NCBI GenBank assembly: GCA_037994305.1
Contig: JBBNAI010000263.1
Span: 1 to 44,022, forward strand
From: Pseudomonas sp.
GTDB taxonomy: Bacteria > Pseudomonadota > Gammaproteobacteria > Pseudomonadales > Pseudomonadaceae
Direction: 5' to 3'
DNA length: 44,022 bases
The position numbers and the translations under genes were made by a program. The notes beneath the pieces are model-generated. The model did no database searches. It saw only the letters and a program-made list of their open reading frames with translations, and was not told where the DNA came from. Shown piece by piece: positions 7,917 to 16,949 of this stretch; the first letter of the stretch is position 1, and every line of letters begins with the position of its first letter.

Positions 7917-8027
7917 GCTTTATGGCCGGCCCTCCCTGGCAGCCACTGTTCGAGTCGTCGCGGAGCGACGCTAAACACTGCTCCCGACAGTTTTCCCCGT
8001 GATTTTTACAGGCAGGAGAAAACCGGC

Positions 8028-9404
8028 ATGAAAAAACTCAAGCTGGTCATGGTTGGCAACGGTATGGCCGGCGTGCGGACCCTGGAGGAGCTGCTCAAGC
8101 TCGCCCCGGATCTCTACGACATCACCGTGTTCGGGGCCGAGCCGCACCCGAACTACAACCGCATCCTGCTTTCCCCGGTACTGGCCGGCGAACAGAACTT
8201 CCAGGACATCGTGCTCAACGACCTCAACTGGTACGCCGAACACAACATCCAGCTGCTGCTCAACCGCAAGGTGGTCAGCATCGACCGCAAGAAGCGCGTG
8301 GTGATTGCCGACGACGGCACCCGCGCCGAATACGACCGCCTGCTGATCGCCACCGGCTCCACCCCGTTCATCCTGCCGATTCCTGGCAACAAGCTGCAGG
8401 GCGTGCTCGGCTACCGCGACGTGGCCGACACCCAGACCATGATCGACACCGCCAAGGCCCACAGCCATGCCGTGGTCATCGGCGGCGGCCTGCTCGGCCT
8501 GGAAGCGGCCAACGGCCTGAAACTGCGCGGCATGGACGTGACCGTGGTGCATATCTCCGACTGGCTGCTGGAGCGTCAGCTGGACAAGACCGCCGGCAAG
8601 CTGCTGCAAACAGCCCTGGAGGCGCGCGGCATCCACTTCCGTCTCAACGAGCAGACCGAAGAGCTGATCGACAACGGCAACGGCCGCGTCTGCGCCGTGC
8701 AGTTCAAGGGTGGCGACACCATTCCCGCCGACTTGGTGGTGATGGCCGCTGGCATTCGCCCCAACTACGAGCTGGCGGAAAAATCCGGCATCCCGTGCAA
8801 CCGCGGCATCCTGGTCAACGACACCCTGCAAACCAACGACCCGTGCATCTATGCCATCGGCGAATGCGCCAACCACCGCGGCATCGCCTACGGCCTGGTC
8901 GCCCCGCTGTTCGAGCAGGCGCAGGTCTGCGCCAACCACCTGGCCCAGCTCGGTTTCGCCCGCTACCAGGGCTCCATCACTTCGACCAAGTTGAAAGTCA
9001 CCGGCATCGACCTGTTCTCCGCTGGCGACTTCATGGGCGGCGAAGGCACCGAGACCATCACCCTCTCCGACCCCATTAGCGGCGTGTACAAGAAGCTGGT
9101 GGTGAAGAACGACATCCTGGTCGGCGCCTGCCTGTACGGCGACACCGTCGATGGCGGCTGGTATTTCCGTCAGGTTCGCGAGCACGCCAACATCAGCACG
9201 ATCCGCAATTACCTGATGTTCGGTGAGCAGACCGCTGCCGACATGCCCCGCGCAGCCGCCGAGCCGGACACCGAGGTCAGCCTGTACGACAGCGCCACCC
9301 TCGCCCTGCAAGTGCTGAAACTGGACGCAACCTATCGCCCGGAAGCAAGCCTGCCAGGTAATCCGCTGGCGCTGGTCGCGGCCAACGCCGCTCAGCACGC
9401 ATGA
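8028..9404 (+). CDS. NAD(P)H/FAD oxidoreductase equivalent to the N-terminal domain of NirB; probable electron-transfer (diaphorase) subunit
   Basis: GNGMAG FAD motif, YNRILLS, GGGLLGLEAA NAD motif, IYAIGEC, TKLKVTGIDLFSAG; only 458 aa, with no BFD or siroheme/4Fe-4S Cys motifs. Confidence 0.85.
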   Translation: MKKLKLVMVGNGMAGVRTLEELLKLAPDLYDITVFGAEPHPNYNRILLSPVLAGEQNFQDIVLNDLNWYAEHNIQLLLNRKVVSIDRKKRVVIADDGTRAEYDRLLIATGSTPFILPIPGNKLQGVLGYRDVADTQTMIDTAKAHSHAVVIGGGLLGLEAANGLKLRGMDVTVVHISDWLLERQLDKTAGKLLQTALEARGIHFRLNEQTEELIDNGNGRVCAVQFKGGDTIPADLVVMAAGIRPNYELAEKSGIPCNRGILVNDTLQTNDPCIYAIGECANHRGIAYGLVAPLFEQAQVCANHLAQLGFARYQGSITSTKLKVTGIDLFSAGDFMGGEGTETITLSDPISGVYKKLVVKNDILVGACLYGDTVDGGWYFRQVREHANISTIRNYLMFGEQTAADMPRAAAEPDTEVSLYDSATLALQVLKLDATYRPEASLPGNPLALVAANAAQHA

Positions 9405-12154
9405 CCCGGCCGCAGACGATGGAAGCCAACGCCATGCCTACCTCCCTGCAGACCACCGCCTCGACCTGCTGCTATTGCGGCGTGGGGTGTGGCGTGCTGA
9501 TCGAACATGACGGCGAGACGATCCTCGGCGTCCAGGGCGACCCCAAGCACCCGGCGAACTTCGGCAAGCTGTGCAGCAAGGGCTCGACCCTGCACCTGAC
9601 CGGCGACCTCGACGCCCGCGCCCTCTACCCCGAGCTGCGCCTGGGCAAGGGCCTGGCTCGCTCGCGCGCCACTTGGGACAGCGCCCTCGATCACGCCGCC
9701 AGCGTATTTGCCGAGACCATCCGCGAGCACGGCCCGGACAGCGTGGCCTTCTACATCTCCGGCCAGCTGCTGACCGAGGATTACTACAGTTTCAACAAAC
9801 TGGCCCGCGCCCTGGTCGGCACCAACAACATCGACAGCAATTCACGCCTGTGCATGTCCTCGGCCGTGGTCGGCTACAAGCGCAGCCTGGGTGCCGACGC
9901 CCCACCGTGCAACTACGAAGACATCGAGCAGAGCGACTGCCTGCTGATCGTCGGCAGCAACATGGCCTACGCCCACCCCATCCTGTTCCGCCGCCTGGAA
10001 GCGGCCAAGGCCGCGCGCCCGGAGATGAAGGTCATCGTCGTCGACCCACGGCGCACCGACACCTGCGACCTGGCCGACCTGCACCTGGCAATTCTGCCGG
10101 GCACCGACGTGGCCCTGTTCCACGGCATCCTGCACATCCTGATGTGGGAAGACTGGATCAACCGCGCCTACATCGAGGCCCACACCGAAGGCTTCGACGC
10201 CCTCAAGCAGCTGGTGCGCGACTACAGCCCGACAGTGGTGGCCGACACCTGCGGCATTTCCCAGAGCGACCTGCTGCACTGCGCCGAACTGATCGGCAAG
10301 TCGCCTTCGTTCCTCTCGCTGTGGTGCATGGGCCTCAACCAGTCCACCGCAGGTTCAGCCAAGAACAGCGCGCTGATCAACCTGCACCTGGCCACCGGGC
10401 AGATCGGCAAAGTCGGCGCCGGCCCCTTCTCCCTCACCGGCCAGCCGAATGCCATGGGCGGCCGCGAGACCGGTAGCCTGAGCAACCTGTTGCCCGGCCA
10501 CCGCGATGCCGGCAACGCCGAGCACCGCAGCGAAGTCGCCCGCTACTGGGGCGTCGATGCACTGCCGGAAACGCCGGGGCTGACCGCCATCGAGCTGTTC
10601 GATGCAGTGGCCGAGGGCAAGATCAAGGCGCTGTGGATCGCCTGCACCAACCCCGCCCAATCCCTGCCGGACCAGAGCAAGGTGCACGCCGCCCTGGCCG
10701 CCTGCCCGTTCGTGGTGGTGCAGGAAGCCTTCTTCACCACCGAAACCTGCCACTACGCCGACCTTCTGCTCCCAGCTGCCAGCTGGGGCGAAAAAGAAGG
10801 CAGCGTGACCAACTCCGAGCGACGCGTCAGCCATGTGCGCCGCGCCGTGCCAGCGCCCGCAGAGGCGCGCCCGGATTGGGCGATCACCTGTGATTTCGCC
10901 CGTCGCCTGGAACACCTGCTAAAACCCGGCCTGCCCAGCCTGTTCGACTTCGCCAGCCCGCAAGCGCTGTTCGAGGAATACAAACACCTGACCAGCAATC
11001 GCGACCTCGACCTCAGCGGCCTGAGCTACGCCATTCTGGATAACCAAGGTCCACAACAATGGCCGTTCCCGGCCGGTGCCCAGCACGGCACCGCGCGCCT
11101 GTACGGGGATGGTCGCTTTCCTACCGCCAGTGGGCGCGCGCAATTTCTTGCCGAGCCTTACTGCTCGGCCAAGGAAAAGCGCGACGGACGCTTCCCGCTG
11201 CTGCTCAACACCGGCCGCCTGCGCGACCAATGGCACGGCATGAGCCGCACCGGCACCGCCGCGCGTCTGTTCGGCCACGCCGAGGAAGCCGTGCTCAGCC
11301 TGCACCCGGACGAGCTGCGCCGGCGCCGCCTGCAGGACGGCCAACTGGTCAGCCTGCGCAGCCGTCGCGGCGAGCTGATCGTGCCGGTACAAGCCGATGA
11401 GAATGTGCGCGCCGGCCAGGCCTATCTGCCCATGCACTGGGGCAACCGCTTCCTCAAGGGGCTGGGCACCAACGTGCTGACCCAGCCGGCTTTCGACCCC
11501 CTGTCCAAGCAGCCGGAACTGAAGCTCAGCGGTGTCGAAGTGGAAAAAGCCGAGCTGCCCTGGCAGTTCTTCGCCCTGGTCGAAGGGGACGTACAACGCC
11601 GCTTCGAGGCGCTGCGCCCACTGTTCGAAGGCTTCGCTTACGCCAACCTGGCCCTCGCCGGCCGCGAACGCCCGGCCCTGCTGATCAAGGCAGCCAGCGC
11701 CCAGGCGCCGGAAGCCGCGCTGTTGGCGCAGATCGATGCCCTGCTGACCGTCGACGAAGGCCCGGTCCTGGCCTACGACGACCCGCAACACTGCGTCGGC
11801 AAGCGCGTGCGCATCGAGGACGGCCGCATCGTGGCCATCCGCCTCGCCGGCGAAACCGCTGCCCGCGACTGGCTGAAAAACCTGTGGAGCGAAGGCAAGG
11901 CCGACGCCAGCCTGCGTCGCTGGCTCCTCGCCCCGCTGGCCACGCCACCCGGTGCAGCCAGCGGCAAGACCAGCAAGACCCTGTGCAACTGCATGAACGT
12001 CAGCGAAAGCGCGGTGTGTGCGGGCATTGCCCGTGGCCTGGACCTGAACGGCCTGAAACAGGAGCTGAAATGCGGCACCAGCTGCGGCTCCTGCGTACCG
12101 GAAATCAAACGACTGCTGGCCACGCAACCTGTGGCTGTCGCAGCGACTGCTTGA
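9401..12154 (+). CDS. nasC: Assimilatory nitrate reductase catalytic subunit (Mo-bisPGD, 4Fe-4S, C-terminal BFD-like 2Fe-2S)
   Basis: CCYCGVGCG...LCSKG, NSRLCMSSA, LTGQPNAMGGRE, LNTGRLRDQWH, C-terminal CNC...CGTSCGSC; the start could also be 9419 or 9434. Confidence 0.95.
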   Translation: MTRPQTMEANAMPTSLQTTASTCCYCGVGCGVLIEHDGETILGVQGDPKHPANFGKLCSKGSTLHLTGDLDARALYPELRLGKGLARSRATWDSALDHAASVFAETIREHGPDSVAFYISGQLLTEDYYSFNKLARALVGTNNIDSNSRLCMSSAVVGYKRSLGADAPPCNYEDIEQSDCLLIVGSNMAYAHPILFRRLEAAKAARPEMKVIVVDPRRTDTCDLADLHLAILPGTDVALFHGILHILMWEDWINRAYIEAHTEGFDALKQLVRDYSPTVVADTCGISQSDLLHCAELIGKSPSFLSLWCMGLNQSTAGSAKNSALINLHLATGQIGKVGAGPFSLTGQPNAMGGRETGSLSNLLPGHRDAGNAEHRSEVARYWGVDALPETPGLTAIELFDAVAEGKIKALWIACTNPAQSLPDQSKVHAALAACPFVVVQEAFFTTETCHYADLLLPAASWGEKEGSVTNSERRVSHVRRAVPAPAEARPDWAITCDFARRLEHLLKPGLPSLFDFASPQALFEEYKHLTSNRDLDLSGLSYAILDNQGPQQWPFPAGAQHGTARLYGDGRFPTASGRAQFLAEPYCSAKEKRDGRFPLLLNTGRLRDQWHGMSRTGTAARLFGHAEEAVLSLHPDELRRRRLQDGQLVSLRSRRGELIVPVQADENVRAGQAYLPMHWGNRFLKGLGTNVLTQPAFDPLSKQPELKLSGVEVEKAELPWQFFALVEGDVQRRFEALRPLFEGFAYANLALAGRERPALLIKAASAQAPEAALLAQIDALLTVDEGPVLAYDDPQHCVGKRVRIEDGRIVAIRLAGETAARDWLKNLWSEGKADASLRRWLLAPLATPPGAASGKTSKTLCNCMNVSESAVCAGIARGLDLNGLKQELKCGTSCGSCVPEIKRLLATQPVAVAATA

Positions 12155-12164
12155 GGAGAGAGAC

Positions 12165-12902
12165 ATGAGCGCAAAAGTCTGGCTGGTAGGCGCAGGCCCG
12201 GGCGACCCGGAATTGTTGACCCTCAAGGCAGTGAAAGCCCTGAATCAGGCCGAGATCGTGATGATCGACGATCTGGTCAACCCCGCGGTGCTGGAACACT
12301 GCCCCACGGCGCGCATCGTCCCGGTGGGCAAACGCGGCGGCTGTCGCTCCACCCCGCAAGAATTCATCCATCGCCTGATGCTGCGTTACGCGCGCCAGGG
12401 CAAATGCGTGGTGCGCCTGAAAGGCGGCGATCCGTGCATCTTCGGCCGTGGCAGTGAAGAGGTCGACTGGCTCGGCGCCCACGGCATCGAGGTGGAAATG
12501 GTCAATGGCATCACCGCCGGCCTGGCCGGTGCCACCAACTGCGGCATTCCCCTGACCCTGCGCGGCGTGGCCCGCGGCGTGACCCTGGTCACCGCCCACA
12601 CCCAGGACGACAGCAGCCTCAACTGGCCGGCGCTGGCACAGAGCGGCACCACCCTGGTGGTGTACATGGGCGTGGCCAAGCTGCCGGAAATCCGCGAAAG
12701 CCTGCTGGCTGGCGGTATGCGCGCCGACATGCCGGTGGCGATGATCGAAAACGCCTCCCTGCCGCACCAGCGCGAGTGCCGCAGCAGCCTGGCGGCCATG
12801 CAGCAGGATGCCCACGATTTTCAGCTAAAAAGCCCGGCGATCCTGGTGATCGGCGAAGTGGCGGCGCAGCAACAGATTCAAGCCTTGGCAGAGATTGCCT
12901 AA
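12165..12902 (+). CDS. cobA: Uroporphyrinogen-III C-methyltransferase
   Basis: VWLVGAGPGDPELLTLKA, VRLKGGDPCIFGRG, YMG. Confidence 0.93.
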   Translation: MSAKVWLVGAGPGDPELLTLKAVKALNQAEIVMIDDLVNPAVLEHCPTARIVPVGKRGGCRSTPQEFIHRLMLRYARQGKCVVRLKGGDPCIFGRGSEEVDWLGAHGIEVEMVNGITAGLAGATNCGIPLTLRGVARGVTLVTAHTQDDSSLNWPALAQSGTTLVVYMGVAKLPEIRESLLAGGMRADMPVAMIENASLPHQRECRSSLAAMQQDAHDFQLKSPAILVIGEVAAQQQIQALAEIA

Positions 12903-12931
12903 TCCCCTTCGCTCCTGCGGAGAAATGCTTT

Positions 12932-12959
12932 GCCCGGCCATTTGGCCGGGCTTTTTTTT
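12932..12959 (+). terminator. Intrinsic terminator after cobA
   Basis: GCCCGGCC-ATTT-GGCCGGGC followed by T8. Confidence 0.85.
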
Positions 12960-12987
12960 GCCTTTATATCCCCAGGAGGCATGGCCC

Positions 12988-14640
12988 TCAGTGCCAGAAC
13001 ACCTCACCCACCCGCTCGCCCCATACCGGGAAATGCTGGCTATAGGTGTTTTCCACCACGTTGCGCTTGATCTTCAGGGTGGGCGTGAGGAAGCCGTTAT
13101 CGATCGCCCAGGCTTCGCTGATCAGCACCAGGCCGCTGAGCCGCTCAGGCTTGTCGAGCTGCTCGTTGATGCTGTGCAGAAAGGCCTTGAGGCTGCCTGC
13201 CAGTTGCTCGCGCGGCTCGCGCTGACCCGCTTCGGAAAGCACGCACAACGCCAGTGGCTGCGGCAGGCCATCGCCGACCACGCAAACCTGCTCGATCTGT
13301 GAATGCACCGCCAGGCGGTTCTCGATGGGCGCCGGGGCCACGTACTTGCCCTTGCTGGTCTTGAAGATTTCCTTGATCCGCCCGGTCAGGCGCAGGTTGC
13401 CGATATCGTCCTGCTCGCCCTTGTCGCCGGTGCGCAGGAAACCATCCTCGGTCAGCGCTTCGGCAGTCTTGCCCGGTTCCTTGAAATAACCCTGCATGGT
13501 CGAGCCGCTGCGTACCAGCACCTCGCCCTCTTCACTGATGCGCACTTCCACGCCCGGGTTGTTCTGGCCGATCCAACCACGCTTGAACTGGCCAGGACGG
13601 CAGACGTGGGAGTAACCGCAGTTTTCGGTCATGCCATAGACCTCCTGCAGCTCCAGGCCCAGGCGGCGATACCAGGCCAGCAACGCATCGGGCACCGGCG
13701 CCGCACCGGACAGGGCGAAGTTCACCGCATCCAGGCCCAGGCCACGCAGGACCTTGCGCCCGACCAGACGCCCAATCAGCGGCAGCGACAACAGGCGGTC
13801 CAGCTTGGCTGCCGGCATCTTGTCGTACACCCCCATCTGGAACTTGGTCCAGATCCGCGGAACACCGAAGAACACCGTTGGCCGCGCGCGACGCAGGTCG
13901 GCAAGGAAGGTATCCAGGCTTTCGGCGAAATACACGGTCAGGCCGCTGTACAGCCCATTGAGCTCGACAAACATGCGCTCGGCCACGTGGCACAGCGGCA
14001 GGTACGACAGCACCCTGTCCTTCTCGCTGACACCGAACAGCGCCGTAGCATGGCTGGCGGTAAAACCGAAGTTGGAGAAGTTATGCATCACGCCCTTGGG
14101 CATGCCGGTGGTGCCGGAGGTGTAGATAATGGTGGCCAACTGGTCAGCCGCCGGGCGCGGGGTGTCCTGGATCGGCGCGCACGCCTGCAGGTCACTCCAG
14201 TGCTTGGTGAACTCACCCGGCGGGTGCAGGGGCAAGGCCACGCTCAGTATGTTCGCCGGGAAATGCGAAGCCATCCCCGCCCAGTCGTCGAGCTTGCCAA
14301 TGAACGCCACGCGGGCCTCGGCATGTTCGAGCACCTGAGCCACGGTTTCCCCGGTGAGATTGGGGTATAGCGGCACGGAAACGTGGCCGGCCATCCAGAT
14401 CGCCAGATCGGCGACGATCCAGTGTGCGCAGTTCTTCGAGATGATCGCGACACGACTGCCCTGGGCCAGCTCCAGGCTGCGCAGCCAGCTGGCCGCACGC
14501 CGCGCCTGCTCGCCTACCTCGGCCCAGCTCAGCGTCTCGACCTGACCACCGCCCTGGGGCTGGATCAGGAATGTCTTGTTCGGATGACGGGACTCACGCT
14601 CGAAAAAGACATCGAGCGGTAAACGGACGGCACTGGCCAC
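12988..14640 (-). CDS. AMP-binding long-chain fatty acid-CoA ligase
   Basis: IIYTSGTTGMPKGVMH, YGMTE, GFLRTGDKG, GRIKEIFKTSKGKYVAP; GTG start after SD AGGAGG. Confidence 0.9.
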   Translation of the reverse strand: MASAVRLPLDVFFERESRHPNKTFLIQPQGGGQVETLSWAEVGEQARRAASWLRSLELAQGSRVAIISKNCAHWIVADLAIWMAGHVSVPLYPNLTGETVAQVLEHAEARVAFIGKLDDWAGMASHFPANILSVALPLHPPGEFTKHWSDLQACAPIQDTPRPAADQLATIIYTSGTTGMPKGVMHNFSNFGFTASHATALFGVSEKDRVLSYLPLCHVAERMFVELNGLYSGLTVYFAESLDTFLADLRRARPTVFFGVPRIWTKFQMGVYDKMPAAKLDRLLSLPLIGRLVGRKVLRGLGLDAVNFALSGAAPVPDALLAWYRRLGLELQEVYGMTENCGYSHVCRPGQFKRGWIGQNNPGVEVRISEEGEVLVRSGSTMQGYFKEPGKTAEALTEDGFLRTGDKGEQDDIGNLRLTGRIKEIFKTSKGKYVAPAPIENRLAVHSQIEQVCVVGDGLPQPLALCVLSEAGQREPREQLAGSLKAFLHSINEQLDKPERLSGLVLISEAWAIDNGFLTPTLKIKRNVVENTYSQHFPVWGERVGEVFWH

Positions 14641-14650
14641 GGGGCCTCCT

Positions 14651-14665
14651 TGTTGTTGTTATTGT
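14651..14665 (-). promoter_or_regulatory. A-rich Hfq/Crc catabolite-repression (CA) motif next to the SD
   Basis: Minus strand ACAATAACAACAACA immediately before AGGAGG. Confidence 0.6.
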
Positions 14666-14674
14666 CACAGGGAG

Positions 14675-14696
14675 CAACCAAGCACTTGCTTGGTTG
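14675..14696. promoter_or_regulatory. Perfect palindromic operator candidate
   Basis: CAACCAAGCA-CT-TGCTTGGTTG upstream of the acyl-CoA ligase. Confidence 0.65.
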
Positions 14697-14823
14697 AATA
14701 TTCCACGGGGCAAGGAGGCAGTGCAAGTGGAGAAATGTTTCAGCGAAGCAACAGAGTGCAGCCACAGCTACGCAGCCCGCGAGCCAGAGCGCGCGAGCAG
14801 GGATTATGAAGAGGCTAGTGGGC

Positions 14824-15282
14824 TCAGCCGGGGTGATACAGGCCGATCTGGCGCATGCCGCCAATCAATGGCAGCTCGGCTTCAAGGCCGACCAGGCTGG
14901 CGGTACGCAGGGGATAAGGCAGTTGCAGGTGACCATGCACCAGCAACCCGGCCAGGGCGCCGAGCAACGGGTTGTGGCTGACGATCAGCAGTTCATCGAC
15001 GGCAAAGTGATCAAGCTGATTGGCCGCCTCGCGCGGTGAGTCGTCCGGCGTCAGCCACTCCAGGGTGGTCAGTGGCAGATCGAGGCCAAGCACCTCGCGC
15101 ACCAACTCGGCGGTCTGCTGGGCGCGCAGGTAAGGGCTCACCAGAATCTGTTGCAGCGCCGTGCCGCGCAGGCGTTCGGCGCTTTGCCGCACTTCCGCGC
15201 GACCGTGGGCCGTCAACGCCCGCTCAGCATCGCTGCGCGCTTGCGCAGCAGCCTCGCCATGACGCAACAGCCAGAGCTTCAC
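14824..15282 (-). CDS. sixA: Phosphohistidine phosphatase SixA
   Basis: LLRHGEA, SPYLRAQQTA, LIVSHNP. Confidence 0.88.
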   Translation of the reverse strand: MKLWLLRHGEAAAQARSDAERALTAHGRAEVRQSAERLRGTALQQILVSPYLRAQQTAELVREVLGLDLPLTTLEWLTPDDSPREAANQLDHFAVDELLIVSHNPLLGALAGLLVHGHLQLPYPLRTASLVGLEAELPLIGGMRQIGLYHPG

Positions 15283-15626
15283 AGCTTGGGTTCTTCGTCA
15301 CGCACCGGGTGTGGCGCCGGCGGGATGCTGTGCGGCTCGTTGTCTTGCGGCGGACGCGCCGTCGGCCAATCAGCGAACGGCCAGGGCTTCTCCTCGGTAT
15401 TGAAGCTGCCGAAACGGCCAATCTGCTGCAGGTACTGGCTGAGGCTGTCGCCAAAACCCTGCAGGCCGCTGTTCGGTGCACCGTAGAACAGGCGATAGCC
15501 CAGCTGCAGCAACACCACGCCGCCAAGAATGATTTCCGCCAACTGCCAGACGATGGCGAAGATCACCATCCACAGAATGCGCAGCACAATGGATTCACGT
15601 TCCAGCTCTTTGCTCGGTTCGCTCAT
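15279..15626 (-). CDS. DUF4389-like small membrane protein
   Basis: Two TM segments and FGDSLSQYLQQIGRFGSFNTEEKPWPFADWP; lies between gpsA and sixA. Confidence 0.75.
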   Translation of the reverse strand: MSEPSKELERESIVLRILWMVIFAIVWQLAEIILGGVVLLQLGYRLFYGAPNSGLQGFGDSLSQYLQQIGRFGSFNTEEKPWPFADWPTARPPQDNEPHSIPPAPHPVRDEEPKL

Positions 15627-15661
15627 GTCACTCTCCTTGGGGCATGCGGCGTGGCCGCAGT

Positions 15662-16684
15662 TCAGAATCCGCTGGTCGGGATGAAATCCACATCGGTCTT
15701 CGGTTCGCCACGCATCAGCGCCTCGATGACCTGGGCCAGGGTGCGCCCTTCGAAGAGAATGGCATGCAAACCTGCGACCAACGGCATGTAGACCTGCATT
15801 TCCTCGGCCTTGTGCTTGAGCACCTTGAGCGTGTTGACGCCCTCGGCCACTTCACCCAGGCGCGCCACCGCATCTTCCAGGCTCAAGCCCTCGCCCAGGG
15901 CGAAGCCAACCTGGTAGTTGCGGCTCTTCGGCGAGGTGCAGGTGACGATCAGATCGCCAACCCCGGCCAGGCCAAGAAAGGTCATCGGGTTGGCACCGAG
16001 TTTGACCGCGAAACGGGTCATTTCCGCCAGCGCGCGGGTGATCAGCATGCTCTTGGTGTTCTCGCCCATACCCATGGCAGCGGCCATGCCGGCGATGATT
16101 GCGTAGACGTTCTTCAACGCACCGCCGAGCTCGACGCCAAAGCTGTCGCGACTGGCATACACGCGGAAGGTGCGACCGTGCAGCGCCTGCTGCACACGCT
16201 CGCAAAGCTCTTCATCCTCGCTGGCAATCACCGTGGCCGTCAGTGCGTGCTCGGCAACTTCCTTGGCCAGATTGGGGCCCGAAAGCACGCCGATGCGCGA
16301 TTGTGGCGCGACTTCGGCAAGAATCTGGCTCATCAGCTTGAAACCGTTGGCCTCAATGCCCTTGGTGGTGCTGATCAGCAGTTTGCCGGCCAGGTCCGCA
16401 GCGAAGGGTTGCAGTGCGCTGCGCAGGGCCGACGAGGGAATGGCGACGAACACCAGTTCGCAGGCGGCCAGGGCCGCGTGCAGGTCATTCAGCGGCTCCA
16501 CCCCCGGGTGCAACTTGACGCCCTTGAGATAGCGCGGGTTTTCGCGCTGGGTGCGCATGGCCTCGGCCTGCTCGGGGTCACGCATCCACTGCAGGACGCG
16601 CTGGCCATTTTCGGCCAGCAGGTTGGCAATAGCGGTACCGAAACTACCGCCGCCCAGCACCGCAACAGGTTGTTGCTCAGTCAT
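15662..16684 (-). CDS. gpsA: NAD(P)H-dependent glycerol-3-phosphate dehydrogenase
   Basis: [46 protein letters not shown]; start moved to ATG 16684. Confidence 0.95.
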   Translation of the reverse strand: MTEQQPVAVLGGGSFGTAIANLLAENGQRVLQWMRDPEQAEAMRTQRENPRYLKGVKLHPGVEPLNDLHAALAACELVFVAIPSSALRSALQPFAADLAGKLLISTTKGIEANGFKLMSQILAEVAPQSRIGVLSGPNLAKEVAEHALTATVIASEDEELCERVQQALHGRTFRVYASRDSFGVELGGALKNVYAIIAGMAAAMGMGENTKSMLITRALAEMTRFAVKLGANPMTFLGLAGVGDLIVTCTSPKSRNYQVGFALGEGLSLEDAVARLGEVAEGVNTLKVLKHKAEEMQVYMPLVAGLHAILFEGRTLAQVIEALMRGEPKTDVDFIPTSGF

Positions 16685-16844
16685 AACGATTCCAGAACAA
16701 GCCATTCACATGGCGAATAGGGGGATTATCACGGAGCATCGCCCGACCGGCCAGTGCCGCGTGTGACCATCGGCTGTGCATGCGCTGGCAAACCCGGACA
16801 TCTCGGTTAACATGCGCGAGTCCGCCCCCGAACAAGGCTGTTCC

Positions 16845-16949
16845 GTGCGCACCTCACTTTTTCCTCCTGCGCTGCTCCTGCTTCCCAGCTCGTCGCAACT
16901 CGAGCCTCTGCCCTGCCCCGCACAGACCGCCGGGGTGGCGTGCCCATGA
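16845..16949 (+). pseudogene. Mini-ORF (34 codons; 45 from ATG 16812), possible remnant of a deleted gene or a leader peptide
   Basis: GTG after ACAAGG; reads VRTSLFPPALLLLPSS...; its TGA overlaps the kinase ATG (ATGA at 16946-16949). Confidence 0.3.
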
